Origin: a bacterium
Lineage (GTDB): Bacteria; Patescibacteriota; Minisyncoccia; Moranbacterales; UBA2206
DNA length: 64,000 nucleotides
NCBI GenBank assembly: GCA_021785125.1
Contig: JAJYGF010000004.1
Coordinates: 67,124 to 131,123, forward strand
Reading direction: 5' to 3'
This document shows positions 28,780-36,536 of the stretch, in pieces. A program made the position numbers and the translations under genes. The notes beneath the pieces were generated by a model. That model saw only the letters and a program-made list of their open reading frames with translations, made no database searches and was not told where the DNA came from. Numbering within the stretch: position 1 is the stretch's first letter; every line of letters begins with the position of its first letter.

Positions 28780-29508
28780 TTAGAATTCCTTCTGTGAAAC
28801 GTTGTCATAAATATCTTCGACATCATCTTGGTCATCCAGCGCCTCAAGGAGTCGTTCATAATCAATCTTCGTTTCCGGATCGAGTTCTACCACCGTTTTT
28901 GGAATGAAGACAAGTCCCGATTCGATAATTTCCAAATTATTTTTTTGCAAGTTTTCCTGCACGATTTGCAAGTCTTTCGGTTCGGTGAAGACGGTGAGGG
29001 AATTTTCTTCAAGGTTGGTGTCTTTGGCTCCCGCATCGATGGCTAAAAGATCCACTTCATCAATGTCTTTTCCGGACGTGTTGATGACGATGCTGCCGGC
29101 CTGTTCGAAATTCCACATGGCCGTGCCCATTTCTCCCATCTTGCCGCCGTTTTTGAGGAGCAAGGATTTTAGTTCGCTGACGGTCCGGTTGCGGTTGTCG
29201 GTCGCGGTCTTGATGAGCATCATGATGCCGCTGGGTCCCATGGCTTCGTAAATAATTTCTACAATTTCTTCGCCGGCCAATTCGCCGGTGCCGCGCTTGA
29301 TGGCGCGTTCGATGTTGTCTTTCGGCATATTTTCCGCGCGGGCCCGGTCAATTGCCAAGCGCAGTTGAAAGTTGGTATCCGGGTTGCCACCGCCATCACG
29401 AGCTGCAATAGAAATTAATTTGCCGTGTTTAGTGAAAATCTTGCCTTTCTTGGCGTCATTCAGGCCTTTTTTATGCTTGATTCCAGCCCAATGAGAATGT
29501 CCTGACAT
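28780..29508 (-). CDS. yebC: YebC/PmpR family transcriptional regulator
   Basis: MSGHSHWAGIKHKKG...FTKHGKLISIAARDGGGNPDTNFQLRLAIDRARAENMPKDNIERAIKRG. Confidence 0.9.
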   Translation of the reverse strand: MSGHSHWAGIKHKKGLNDAKKGKIFTKHGKLISIAARDGGGNPDTNFQLRLAIDRARAENMPKDNIERAIKRGTGELAGEEIVEIIYEAMGPSGIMMLIKTATDNRNRTVSELKSLLLKNGGKMGEMGTAMWNFEQAGSIVINTSGKDIDEVDLLAIDAGAKDTNLEENSLTVFTEPKDLQIVQENLQKNNLEIIESGLVFIPKTVVELDPETKIDYERLLEALDDQDDVEDIYDNVSQKEF

Positions 29509-29665
29509 AGTTTCAGAATTACGAATTATGAATGCTGAATTACGAATAATTGCTATCTGTAATACAAGCCAAGTCTAGCATTTAAATGGATGAAATTCAA
29601 GAAATTTGACATTGCTATTAAATTATTATTAGTATATATAAAACTGAATTGAAAGGAGGGTTGAA

Positions 29666-29953
29666 ATGCTAGAGTCCCTTGAAGCTACTATTCGGCTTTA
29701 TAAAAAAGGTATGGCAATGCCAAGCGGTTCACAAAGAGAGCGGGCATTGACATGGGCTTGGCTCGGAATCTTTTACCTCTTCTTGAGCATGCCGTTTTGC
29801 GCAGCATTAATTTATTGGGGCTTAGTGGAATCACTGACCAGCAGAATTCTTGCTGCGACAATGTCAGCGCTTATGGCCATGTCTATGCTAGCCGTCCTTT
29901 GGCATAATGGAAAATACATGTGCTTCGAAAACGAAAGCCTCGATCCTGAATAG
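29666..29953 (+). CDS. Small membrane protein (hypothetical)
   Basis: Two TM segments and a plausible RBS (aaaggaggg). Its last 6 codons plus 3' flank are duplicated at 32148. Confidence 0.4.
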   Translation: MLESLEATIRLYKKGMAMPSGSQRERALTWAWLGIFYLFLSMPFCAALIYWGLVESLTSRILAATMSALMAMSMLAVLWHNGKYMCFENESLDPE

Positions 29954-30016
29954 GAAAGGGGCTTTATTTTTTAGACAATTAGTCAAGTTTTGGCATATGC
30001 AAGAATCTGACTAATA
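29935..30016 (+). repeat. ~85 bp direct repeat, copy 1 (includes the 3' end of ORF 29666-29953, a hairpin-T tract and the 36 bp nested palindrome)
   Basis: AAGCCTCGATCCTGAATAGGAAAGGGGCTTTATTTTTT-AGACAATTAGTCAAGTTTTGGCATATGCAAGAATCTGACTAAT. Copy 2 at 32150 is about 85% identical. Confidence 0.7.
29979..30014. repeat. 36 bp nested palindrome TTAGTCAA-N5-(T/G)GCATATGCAA-N5-TGACTAA, copy 1 of 3
   Basis: ttagtcaaGTTTTggcatatgcaaGAATCtgactaa; the arms and the 12 bp core are conserved and the spacers vary. Copies at 32196-32231 and 44611-44646. Confidence 0.65.
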
Positions 30017-30017
30017 T

Positions 30018-30770
30018 TTATTTTATTTCTTTTCCGCTTTTCCAAGCGATTTCAAAGATCGGTTTGATTGAATTCACGAGCGATTCGGATTCAATGACGA
30101 CAATGAAAGGCTCTTCTTCCAGTGAAGTTATGTCAAGCTTGTTATCATATAAGGTAAAATCCATGGAAAAATCTTTCACATCCGGCAGATAGCGGACCTC
30201 TTGGTTCAATTCTTTGAATTTTCTCATTATTTCCCGATTGAATTCATTGTTTGAAACTAAATGTCTGCCCCTCTGGAGATTTATCAGACCTTTTCTATAG
30301 TTGTTTATCCATTCATCTATGACTTTTGGAAAAACTTTGTCTATCTTTTCATAAGAAGAAATGAAAAATGCATCTTTGGCTTCGTTCATTTCTTTGTAAA
30401 CATTCAGAATCCCTTCTTTTGTCTCATGATAAATTATTTTCGGCCTCACTTTTCCTTTGTTGTGCAAGGTTCGCAACATCGGCAGCATCTCTGAAAAATT
30501 TTTGGTCGTTGTCCGAAGCTGAGTCAAAATAACAGAGGGGTCGAGGGCATGGTAGGTGTTTATCTTTTTATTCGGTACCTCATTCGCATAACCTCGTTTA
30601 ATGAGTCCTTCGAGCAAAACATAAATGATTGAGCGTTTCAGTCCGGTCACTTTTGATATTTCCGTCACGTTGCCTTGCCCCAATTCTAAAAGGGCCAAAT
30701 ATACTTCGGCTTCTTTTTGAGTGAAACCGGTCTGTTCCAATAATTTTACTAGATCTTGATCCATAGGCAT
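30018..30770 (-). CDS. TrmB-family transcriptional regulator
   Basis: LGFTQKEAEVYLALLELGQGNVTEISKVTGLKRSIIYVLLEGLIKRGYA (TrmB N-terminal HTH). The track start at 30794 is a TTG; the first ATG (MPMDQ) is used here. Confidence 0.7.
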   Translation of the reverse strand: MPMDQDLVKLLEQTGFTQKEAEVYLALLELGQGNVTEISKVTGLKRSIIYVLLEGLIKRGYANEVPNKKINTYHALDPSVILTQLRTTTKNFSEMLPMLRTLHNKGKVRPKIIYHETKEGILNVYKEMNEAKDAFFISSYEKIDKVFPKVIDEWINNYRKGLINLQRGRHLVSNNEFNREIMRKFKELNQEVRYLPDVKDFSMDFTLYDNKLDITSLEEEPFIVVIESESLVNSIKPIFEIAWKSGKEIK

Positions 30771-30776
30771 TAACTT

Positions 30777-30825
30777 TGGACATCGGATGTCCAAAAGGCA
30801 AGAAGGCGAGAGACATCCGATGTCT
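30777..30825. promoter_or_regulatory. Two 15 bp palindromes (GGACATC-G-GATGTCC and AGACATC-C-GATGTCT) immediately upstream of the trmB-like start
   Basis: Perfect inverted repeats spaced ~20 bp apart in the 5' region of the regulator gene; a candidate autoregulatory operator. Confidence 0.4.
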
Positions 30826-31025
30826 TTAATTTTCCAAGCTTATTTAGACTCTAACAAAGATAACAATATTTGTCAATATTTTTGATAAAAATAATTTTAA
30901 AATAGCAATTAAAGCCATAATTATGAAATCGATAGTATAAAGATATTGATAAATAACAAACTTTTGTTTATTATCAAACATTGCAAAAATGACAGTTGCT
31001 TAAAAACCAAATAGAGAGGTGAAAA

Positions 31026-31349
31026 ATGCCACTGACAATCAAAAAGGTTTCTAATTTGTGCAGGAAAACAGTTGTGATAAAAACAGTAGTTTTTGAAAGT
31101 CGTAAGGTCACACTTCGCGGAGTAATTTCAAAAATAAGATCAGGACAAAACTTCTGGGCTTTATTAACTGACAAAACTGGCTCGATGAGAATCTGTGGTT
31201 ATGGTAACCAGCTTTATGAAGACAACTACGACTATAGGAAGATAAAAGAGGGCGATACTGTTGTGGTTTCTGGATGTACTTTTGAAACATGGCCAAAAGA
31301 GATTCGTTTGGATATCTACTCCATACAAAAGGCGAAAGAGGAAAAATAA
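31026..31349 (+). CDS. OB-fold nucleic-acid-binding protein (RPA/SSB-like, hypothetical)
   Basis: Pattern VVIKTVVFESRKVTLRGVISKIRSGQNFWALLTDKTGSMRICGYGNQ...IKEGDTVVVSGCTFETWPKEIRLDIYSIQK resembles archaeal-type SSB/RPA OB folds. RBS agagaggtgaaaaATG. Confidence 0.45.
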   Translation: MPLTIKKVSNLCRKTVVIKTVVFESRKVTLRGVISKIRSGQNFWALLTDKTGSMRICGYGNQLYEDNYDYRKIKEGDTVVVSGCTFETWPKEIRLDIYSIQKAKEEK

Positions 31350-31444
31350 ACTTCTTTCTTCACCATCATCTTGCGCGAGGCGAACTTGTCTCGCGCAATC
31401 TAACTGGTGAGGAAAGTTGTTTAACAATCACATAGGAGAATGTC

Positions 31445-31867
31445 ATGGAAAACTGCAAACATGAAAACGAGCATGGCAATTTCTGCAGCAAATGCGGAAC
31501 GCCACTAAAGGAGAAATGCTCTGAATGTGGTAAGACGGAATGTCTAAGTAAAATTAAGAGAATTCAAGAAGAAGCTAGGCAATATGCCGATAAGAAAGTT
31601 TCTAAGAAAGTTGATAACTTTCTGGTTCGGGTTAATTTACTCGGGTCTGCTCTAAGTGTGATAGCAGCTTTTTTAACCGTAAAGATCACTTCAAGGAGGA
31701 TTGATATAGTAGGATTTTCAGCGTGGGTCATAATTGTTGTTGTTTTTTGGGCATTTTCTTTCGTATTTTTGATTATATGGGAAGAGAAAAGAAAAAAAGC
31801 GAAAGAAGATTTTTTCAAAAAACATCCTGATTACGCGGAAATTCTCAAAAAGGCGGAGGAAAAATGA
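31445..31867 (+). CDS. Zinc-ribbon (CxxC x2) N-terminal domain protein with two TM helices (hypothetical)
   Basis: CSKCGTPLKEKCSECGKTEC, then two hydrophobic helices, then a Lys/Glu-rich tail. Confidence 0.4.
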   Translation: MENCKHENEHGNFCSKCGTPLKEKCSECGKTECLSKIKRIQEEARQYADKKVSKKVDNFLVRVNLLGSALSVIAAFLTVKITSRRIDIVGFSAWVIIVVVFWAFSFVFLIIWEEKRKKAKEDFFKKHPDYAEILKKAEEK

Positions 31868-32100
31868 AATCAGATATAGACAAGGTAAAGAAACATCTAA
31901 TGAGGTTGGCATATATAATGTTGCCACTGTCCTTAATTAGTACCCCTTTTGTTTTAAAAAAGGGAGGTAGCTTGCATCTGGATTTTATAGCAGGTGTTTT
32001 CGATTCTATTCTGATCATAGTGCTAGCGCTTGTTTACCTGCCAAAATATGACCGCAGAAGACGGCTAAGGGAGGCGCGGCGCAGAACGGAATCGATATAG
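31864..32100 (+). CDS. Small membrane protein (hypothetical)
   Basis: Two TM segments. The ATGA start overlaps the stop of the previous gene. Confidence 0.35.
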   Translation: MKSDIDKVKKHLMRLAYIMLPLSLISTPFVLKKGGSLHLDFIAGVFDSILIIVLALVYLPKYDRRRRLREARRRTESI

Positions 32101-32149
32101 AAAGAAGCAGAAACTCTAGTTGATTTGCATAAAAGGCAGACAATGTCAC

Positions 32150-32236
32150 AAGCCTCGATCCTGAATAGGAAAGGGGCTTTAATTTTTTCAGAAGATTAGT
32201 CAATTTCTTGCATATGCAATCGGTTGACTAATTTTT
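32150..32236 (+). repeat. ~85 bp direct repeat, copy 2 (a non-coding duplicate of the ORF 29666-29953 3' end, plus palindrome copy 2 at 32196-32231)
   Basis: AAGCCTCGATCCTGAATAGGAAAGGGGCTTTAATTTTTTCAGAAGATTAGTCAATTTCTTGCATATGCAATCGGTTGACTAAT. The in-frame TAA 5 codons upstream shows it is a relic, not a gene end. Confidence 0.7.
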
Positions 32237-34174
32237 TCATATCGATAAAACAAATCTGTTTAACAAATTGTTTGTTGCGGCGAATATATTTTCCACAAGA
32301 CTGACTGCCCAATGTTTTCTGGCAGTCGGTTTTGAAAAATAATAAACATCGTTAAAATTTCGGAGAGATTTTTCCCGGGCTAATTTTATCGGCAGTTCTT
32401 TCTCCGGCGAATAGCTCAACAATTTTATTTCAATGTCTTTCTTCGAGCCATCGGCGGAATATTTTCCGAGGCTGTTTTTGATTTCCGCATCAGAATATAT
32501 CTTTTGCGCGTCCTGCGCGGAAGCGGGTTTTGGCGAAATGGGAACGTGGCCGGCCGATACGGCCAAGGCCGGATCATTTCGAGACAGTTTCCAAAACCAT
32601 CCCCTCCTTGTCTTTTCATAAACCGCGTCTTCCGGAACGGACTTTCCGGGGACGGCATATTTCACATGCGAAGCCGTTTTCCCGTTCGGATAGCGCAATT
32701 CGACCTTCGAGGACTTGTTGTTCAGGGAAAACTTGCAATCAGCGTATGTCAGGCGGAGAGTTTGGCCGGGTTTTATGAACAGATCGTCGGTGATTTTGTG
32801 ATTTTGCAATTTTTTGTTGCCGGTCGCCAGGCTCCAGCCTTTCAAATTTATTTTTTTCTTGTAATTGTTTTCGATCTCGACCCACTCGTTACCCTTGTCT
32901 TTGCCTTTCGGGTTGGGCGACAAGGCGATTATTTTGACGCTAAATTTCGGAAATTTTTCCACTTTTATTTTGAATGTCTCAAGTTTGTCTTCGCTGCCGT
33001 CGAAAGTTTCGAGAGTGGCCGTATATTTCCCCGGCTTCTCATATTTGTGCCGAGTGTTTTGCTGGTAACTTTTGTGCGAATCGCCGAAATCCCACGTGTA
33101 TTTTATCTTGTTGCGGTCAGAACTTGTCTTTTTCGCCTGAAAATCAGCGTAAATGCCGACGTAGATTTTTTCTTCCACCTCCGTTTCTATTCGGGAAGGC
33201 TTGCCGAATTTGTTTTTCTTTCCCGGTGTCAGGAATTTGCTCCAGCGCCATGCCTGTCCGTCGTAGCCGTAGGATAAATTTTCTTTGGCGCCGTCGTAAG
33301 AAATGGCGGAGACCGCTTGTCCGTCCGGAGAGAAAAGCGTGACTGATTCCGCGCCGGAATTGTTCAAGGCGAATTTATAGTCCGATTTGTAAACCACCAG
33401 ATAGCCTTTTGATTTTACGGAAGTGCCTTTCGGAAAGATGTATCTCCCGGTTTTAGAGCCGTCCCGCAAGATCCAATCGGACAAATCAGCGCTTCCATCC
33501 GCCGGATTGTATAATTCAATGAATTCATCCTGTCCGCTGGCAGGATCAGGCAGGATTTCATTTATAGCCATGTCTTTAGAATAAGTCATAGGTGCCGGCG
33601 TTTTTATTTTCGGGCATTTTTTCAGTTCGTCTTCTTCCGTGAAGGAAGAATTTTTCGGCGGATACGCCGATATCGCATCCAGGGCATCGCCATTTCTTTT
33701 TAAGGTTTGCGATTTTTCCGGATTGGGAGCATGGACGGTGTTTTTATAAGGATCCGTATTGGATCCCCAAGTCACGGAATCGATCTGGTTTCCGGACTTG
33801 TCAAAAAGCGCCAAACTGTAGTCGTTTGAAAGATAGTAAGTCTTGGTCGCATAGTCCGGGGCATCGTTTAAAGTGCCGCTAATATTCTCCCATAAATAAT
33901 AGCCTTTGGCCGGAATGCTGTTTTTCAGCGTGCCGATGGAAGCTTCCGAACCGCCCTTGGTGCGTCTTTTTAATTTCCATCCGGCCAATCCGACGGAGTC
34001 GCAAGCCGGGTTGTATAGCTCGATGAAATCATCGTCCGAATCGCTTCCGCCGGTCTGCACCGCGCTGATTACGATCGAACTGCTGTCGGCGCAAGAAGTC
34101 GGCGCAAAATTAAAAATTCCCGCCACGACGAAGAGGGGAAATAAAATGGCATACTTTTTGGTTTTATTTTTCAC
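32237..34174 (-). CDS. Secreted multi-domain protein with three lamin-tail-domain (LTD)-like repeats and a PKD domain
   Basis: Signal peptide; DDDFIELYNPACDSVGLAGWKL, QDEFIELYNPADGSADLSDWIL and GNEWVEIENNYKKKINLKGWSL (LTD signatures); YTWDFGDSHKSYQQNTRHKYEKPGKYTATLETFDGS (PKD). Confidence 0.65.
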   Translation of the reverse strand: MKNKTKKYAILFPLFVVAGIFNFAPTSCADSSSIVISAVQTGGSDSDDDFIELYNPACDSVGLAGWKLKRRTKGGSEASIGTLKNSIPAKGYYLWENISGTLNDAPDYATKTYYLSNDYSLALFDKSGNQIDSVTWGSNTDPYKNTVHAPNPEKSQTLKRNGDALDAISAYPPKNSSFTEEDELKKCPKIKTPAPMTYSKDMAINEILPDPASGQDEFIELYNPADGSADLSDWILRDGSKTGRYIFPKGTSVKSKGYLVVYKSDYKFALNNSGAESVTLFSPDGQAVSAISYDGAKENLSYGYDGQAWRWSKFLTPGKKNKFGKPSRIETEVEEKIYVGIYADFQAKKTSSDRNKIKYTWDFGDSHKSYQQNTRHKYEKPGKYTATLETFDGSEDKLETFKIKVEKFPKFSVKIIALSPNPKGKDKGNEWVEIENNYKKKINLKGWSLATGNKKLQNHKITDDLFIKPGQTLRLTYADCKFSLNNKSSKVELRYPNGKTASHVKYAVPGKSVPEDAVYEKTRRGWFWKLSRNDPALAVSAGHVPISPKPASAQDAQKIYSDAEIKNSLGKYSADGSKKDIEIKLLSYSPEKELPIKLAREKSLRNFNDVYYFSKPTARKHWAVSLVENIFAATNNLLNRFVLSI

Positions 34175-34194
34175 CCTTTGATTTTTTGCGAGAA

Positions 34195-34779
34195 TTACCC
34201 AATCTCGCCGTTATTTTCATGTATGATGTCGCGCAATTCTTCCGTTTCGCTCCGTTTCTGTTCTTTTTGCAGTCGCATGAGCAGGTCCTTTATTCCGTAT
34301 GGATCGGAAACATTTCTGAAAAGAAATTTTTCCTGCGTGCCGGCCGTCTGGATCTGCACGTCGCCATAATTCATAAAAGTCGGAATGACGCCTGTCACTT
34401 CCGTCGTGACATCTTGGATCTTGTCCAACTCGACTTCGCTGACATCGCGCGAAAAAAGCCCTTTTTGCTCGATATTTACGACGCGCCTCGTGGTAATGAC
34501 CCATGCGTCGAAATAATAATCGATCCAAACCAGAAAAAACATGAGAAAAACCAGCATAGCAAATAAGCTTTCTCCGAACATGAAAACGGCGTTGAAATCA
34601 TTCTCGTTCAGGACTGGGAAAAGCGCCGGCAGGGTTGTATAGCTGCCGATTAAAAAAAGCATCATCAAAAAGATCATCAAAAAGTGGTCGACGATGTTCC
34701 ACCAATGGCGATGAATGACGACTACGACTTCTTCGCCGCTTTGCTGGCCCTTGAAATGGAACAAATTTAAATCGAACAT
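34195..34779 (-). CDS. Bacterial PH-domain (bPH_2/YdbT-like) membrane protein
   Basis: Two N-terminal TM segments, then WVITTRRVVNIEQKGLFSRDVSEVELDKIQDV. Confidence 0.6.
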   Translation of the reverse strand: MFDLNLFHFKGQQSGEEVVVVIHRHWWNIVDHFLMIFLMMLFLIGSYTTLPALFPVLNENDFNAVFMFGESLFAMLVFLMFFLVWIDYYFDAWVITTRRVVNIEQKGLFSRDVSEVELDKIQDVTTEVTGVIPTFMNYGDVQIQTAGTQEKFLFRNVSDPYGIKDLLMRLQKEQKRSETEELRDIIHENNGEIG

Positions 34780-34789
34780 TTGTTTGCGC

Positions 34790-35014
34790 TTAGCCGATTA
34801 TTTTTAAAAACAGACCGTTCCAATCGATGGAGAAAAACAGGACGATGTTCGACAGAAGCAGTCCGGCGGAAATGACGATAAAAAATATTAGCATGACGGT
34901 TTTTACTTCTGAAGCGATGGAATATTTTACCATGTGATAGACCACAAAAAACGACGTGATAATGTACATTAGAAGGATAATTGCGTAGAGCGCCAGAATT
35001 ATCAAGGATGCCAT
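34790..35014 (-). CDS. Small two-TM membrane protein (hypothetical)
   Basis: 74 aa, hydrophobic, lying between ruvB and the bPH_2 gene. Confidence 0.3.
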   Translation of the reverse strand: MASLIILALYAIILLMYIITSFFVVYHMVKYSIASEVKTVMLIFFIVISAGLLLSNIVLFFSIDWNGLFLKIIG

Positions 35015-35024
35015 TTGTTTTTGT

Positions 35025-36086
35025 TTAGAGTAATTTGTTATCGGACGTGTATTTTATGCCGAGGTGATTATAAGCGTTTTCTGTCACTATTCTACCACGC
35101 GGAGTGCGAGCCAGAAAGCCGATCTGCAAGAGATACGGCTCATATACATCCTCGATCGTTTTTATTTCTTCGCTAGTTGCCGCGGCAATCGTGCCGAGCC
35201 CGACCGGCCCGCCATCGAACTTTTCAATGATGGTTTTCAGGATGTGTCTGTCGGAAGGTTCCAGTCCGACCTGATCGATATCGAGCATGGCCAGAGCTTC
35301 CTCGGCGACGGCACTATCGACAAATTTGCGATTCTTGATCTGTGAAAAGTCGCGCACGCGCTTCAGGAGGCGATTGGCCACGCGCGGAGTTTGGCGCGAA
35401 CAACTGGCGATTTTTTCCAGGCCGGAATCATGGATTTCGACGTCTAGAATTTTGCTGGAACGCTTAATGATGTCTCGAATATCCTTATTATCGTAAAATT
35501 CCAAACGGTAGGTGGCGCCGAATCGGTTGCGCAGGGGATTGGAAAGCGAACCGAGCTTGGTCGTGGCGCCGATCAAGGTGAACTTCGGCAGGTCCAATTG
35601 GATGGTGCGGGCGGACGGGCCTTTGCCGATAATGATGTCTAGCTTGAAATCTTCCATGGCGGGATATAAAATTTCCTCTATAGATTTGTTCAGGCGGTGG
35701 ATTTCGTCGATGAAAAGGATGTCGCCATCTTGCAGATTGGTCAAGATCGATCCGAAATCGCCGACGCGTTCGATGGCCGGGCCGGAGGTGGTTTTGATGT
35801 TCACACCCATCTCTTTGGCGATGATGTTGGCGAGAGTTGTTTTGCCCAAGCCGGCCGGTCCGTAAAGCAGGATGTGTTCGATCGGCTCCCTCCTTTTTTT
35901 GGCGGCTTGGATCAGGATGTCCAGATTTTTTTTGACCTTTTCTTGGCCGATATATTCTCCGAAATTCTGCGGACGCAAAGTGTTGTCCAGATTCAAATCT
36001 TCGCCGCTGGCTTTCGGTCGGACGGAACATTCCGAAGCATTGAATTGTTCTGAAGAATCGACAAGCATAGCCGTATTATAACCCAA
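35025..36086 (-). CDS. ruvB: Holliday junction branch-migration ATPase RuvB
   Basis: [31 protein letters not shown], sensor TTKLGSL. The true start may be the second ATG (MLVDSSEQ, 36068), which sits 6 nt after a TATAAT and would make the mRNA leaderless. Confidence 0.9.
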   Translation of the reverse strand: MGYNTAMLVDSSEQFNASECSVRPKASGEDLNLDNTLRPQNFGEYIGQEKVKKNLDILIQAAKKRREPIEHILLYGPAGLGKTTLANIIAKEMGVNIKTTSGPAIERVGDFGSILTNLQDGDILFIDEIHRLNKSIEEILYPAMEDFKLDIIIGKGPSARTIQLDLPKFTLIGATTKLGSLSNPLRNRFGATYRLEFYDNKDIRDIIKRSSKILDVEIHDSGLEKIASCSRQTPRVANRLLKRVRDFSQIKNRKFVDSAVAEEALAMLDIDQVGLEPSDRHILKTIIEKFDGGPVGLGTIAAATSEEIKTIEDVYEPYLLQIGFLARTPRGRIVTENAYNHLGIKYTSDNKLL

Positions 36087-36340
36087 CTTGACAAAAAACC
36101 AAAGCTATGCTACACTGCCAAGTCATATGAAACTCGGCTTTTTCTGAAGCCTTTCGTGTGGCTAGCAGTAAATTGCAGGCAATGGTGGCTTCTATCTTTT
36201 GTCATCATTTCGGAAACTTTTTATCAAGATATGGGTAGGGCGGTCCAGGCTGCGCTATGCCTCGATACTGTTTCTTCCCGGGGGGCCTTGCTTTCCGGAC
36301 TTGCCTGCAGATTAGTGCGATTTCTTTATGTGAACTATAC

Positions 36341-36380
36341 GAAAAAAAGAGCAAGGATACGTTCCTGCTCTTCTTTTTTT
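36341..36380. terminator. Bidirectional hairpin terminator (A-run, hairpin, T-run)
   Basis: aaaaaaAGAGCAaggatacgttccTGCTCTtcttttttt. Confidence 0.5.
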
Positions 36381-36418
36381 GTCTGAGCCGCTGTTTTGCA
36401 CCTGAGCACACCTGATTA

Positions 36419-36503
36419 CACGTGATTTTGAAAACGTAGAGACGCAATTTATTGCGTCTCTAAACAGAAAAGACGCGATGAATCGCGTCTCTACAATCAC
36501 GTG
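36419..36503 (-). terminator. Tandem rho-independent terminators (two related hairpins inside an outer CACGTGATT/AATCACGTG palindrome) downstream of the tandem-GspE gene
   Basis: On the minus strand, GTAGAGACGCgattcatcGCGTCTtttctg and AGAGACGCaataaattGCGTCTCTACgttttc. Confidence 0.6.
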
Positions 36504-36536
36504 TTGTCATGTATTTTTCAGGTGCGAATCAGTGGT

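Noticed and set aside
36156-36400. Possible SRP RNA or RNase P RNA (GUCCGGAAAG-like segment)
   Set aside because: The GGAA-containing segment does not form the domain-IV helix (the flanks do not pair). The RNase P P4 consensus (GGAAAGUCCGGGCUCC) is absent. Kept only as an unassigned structured region in the findings.
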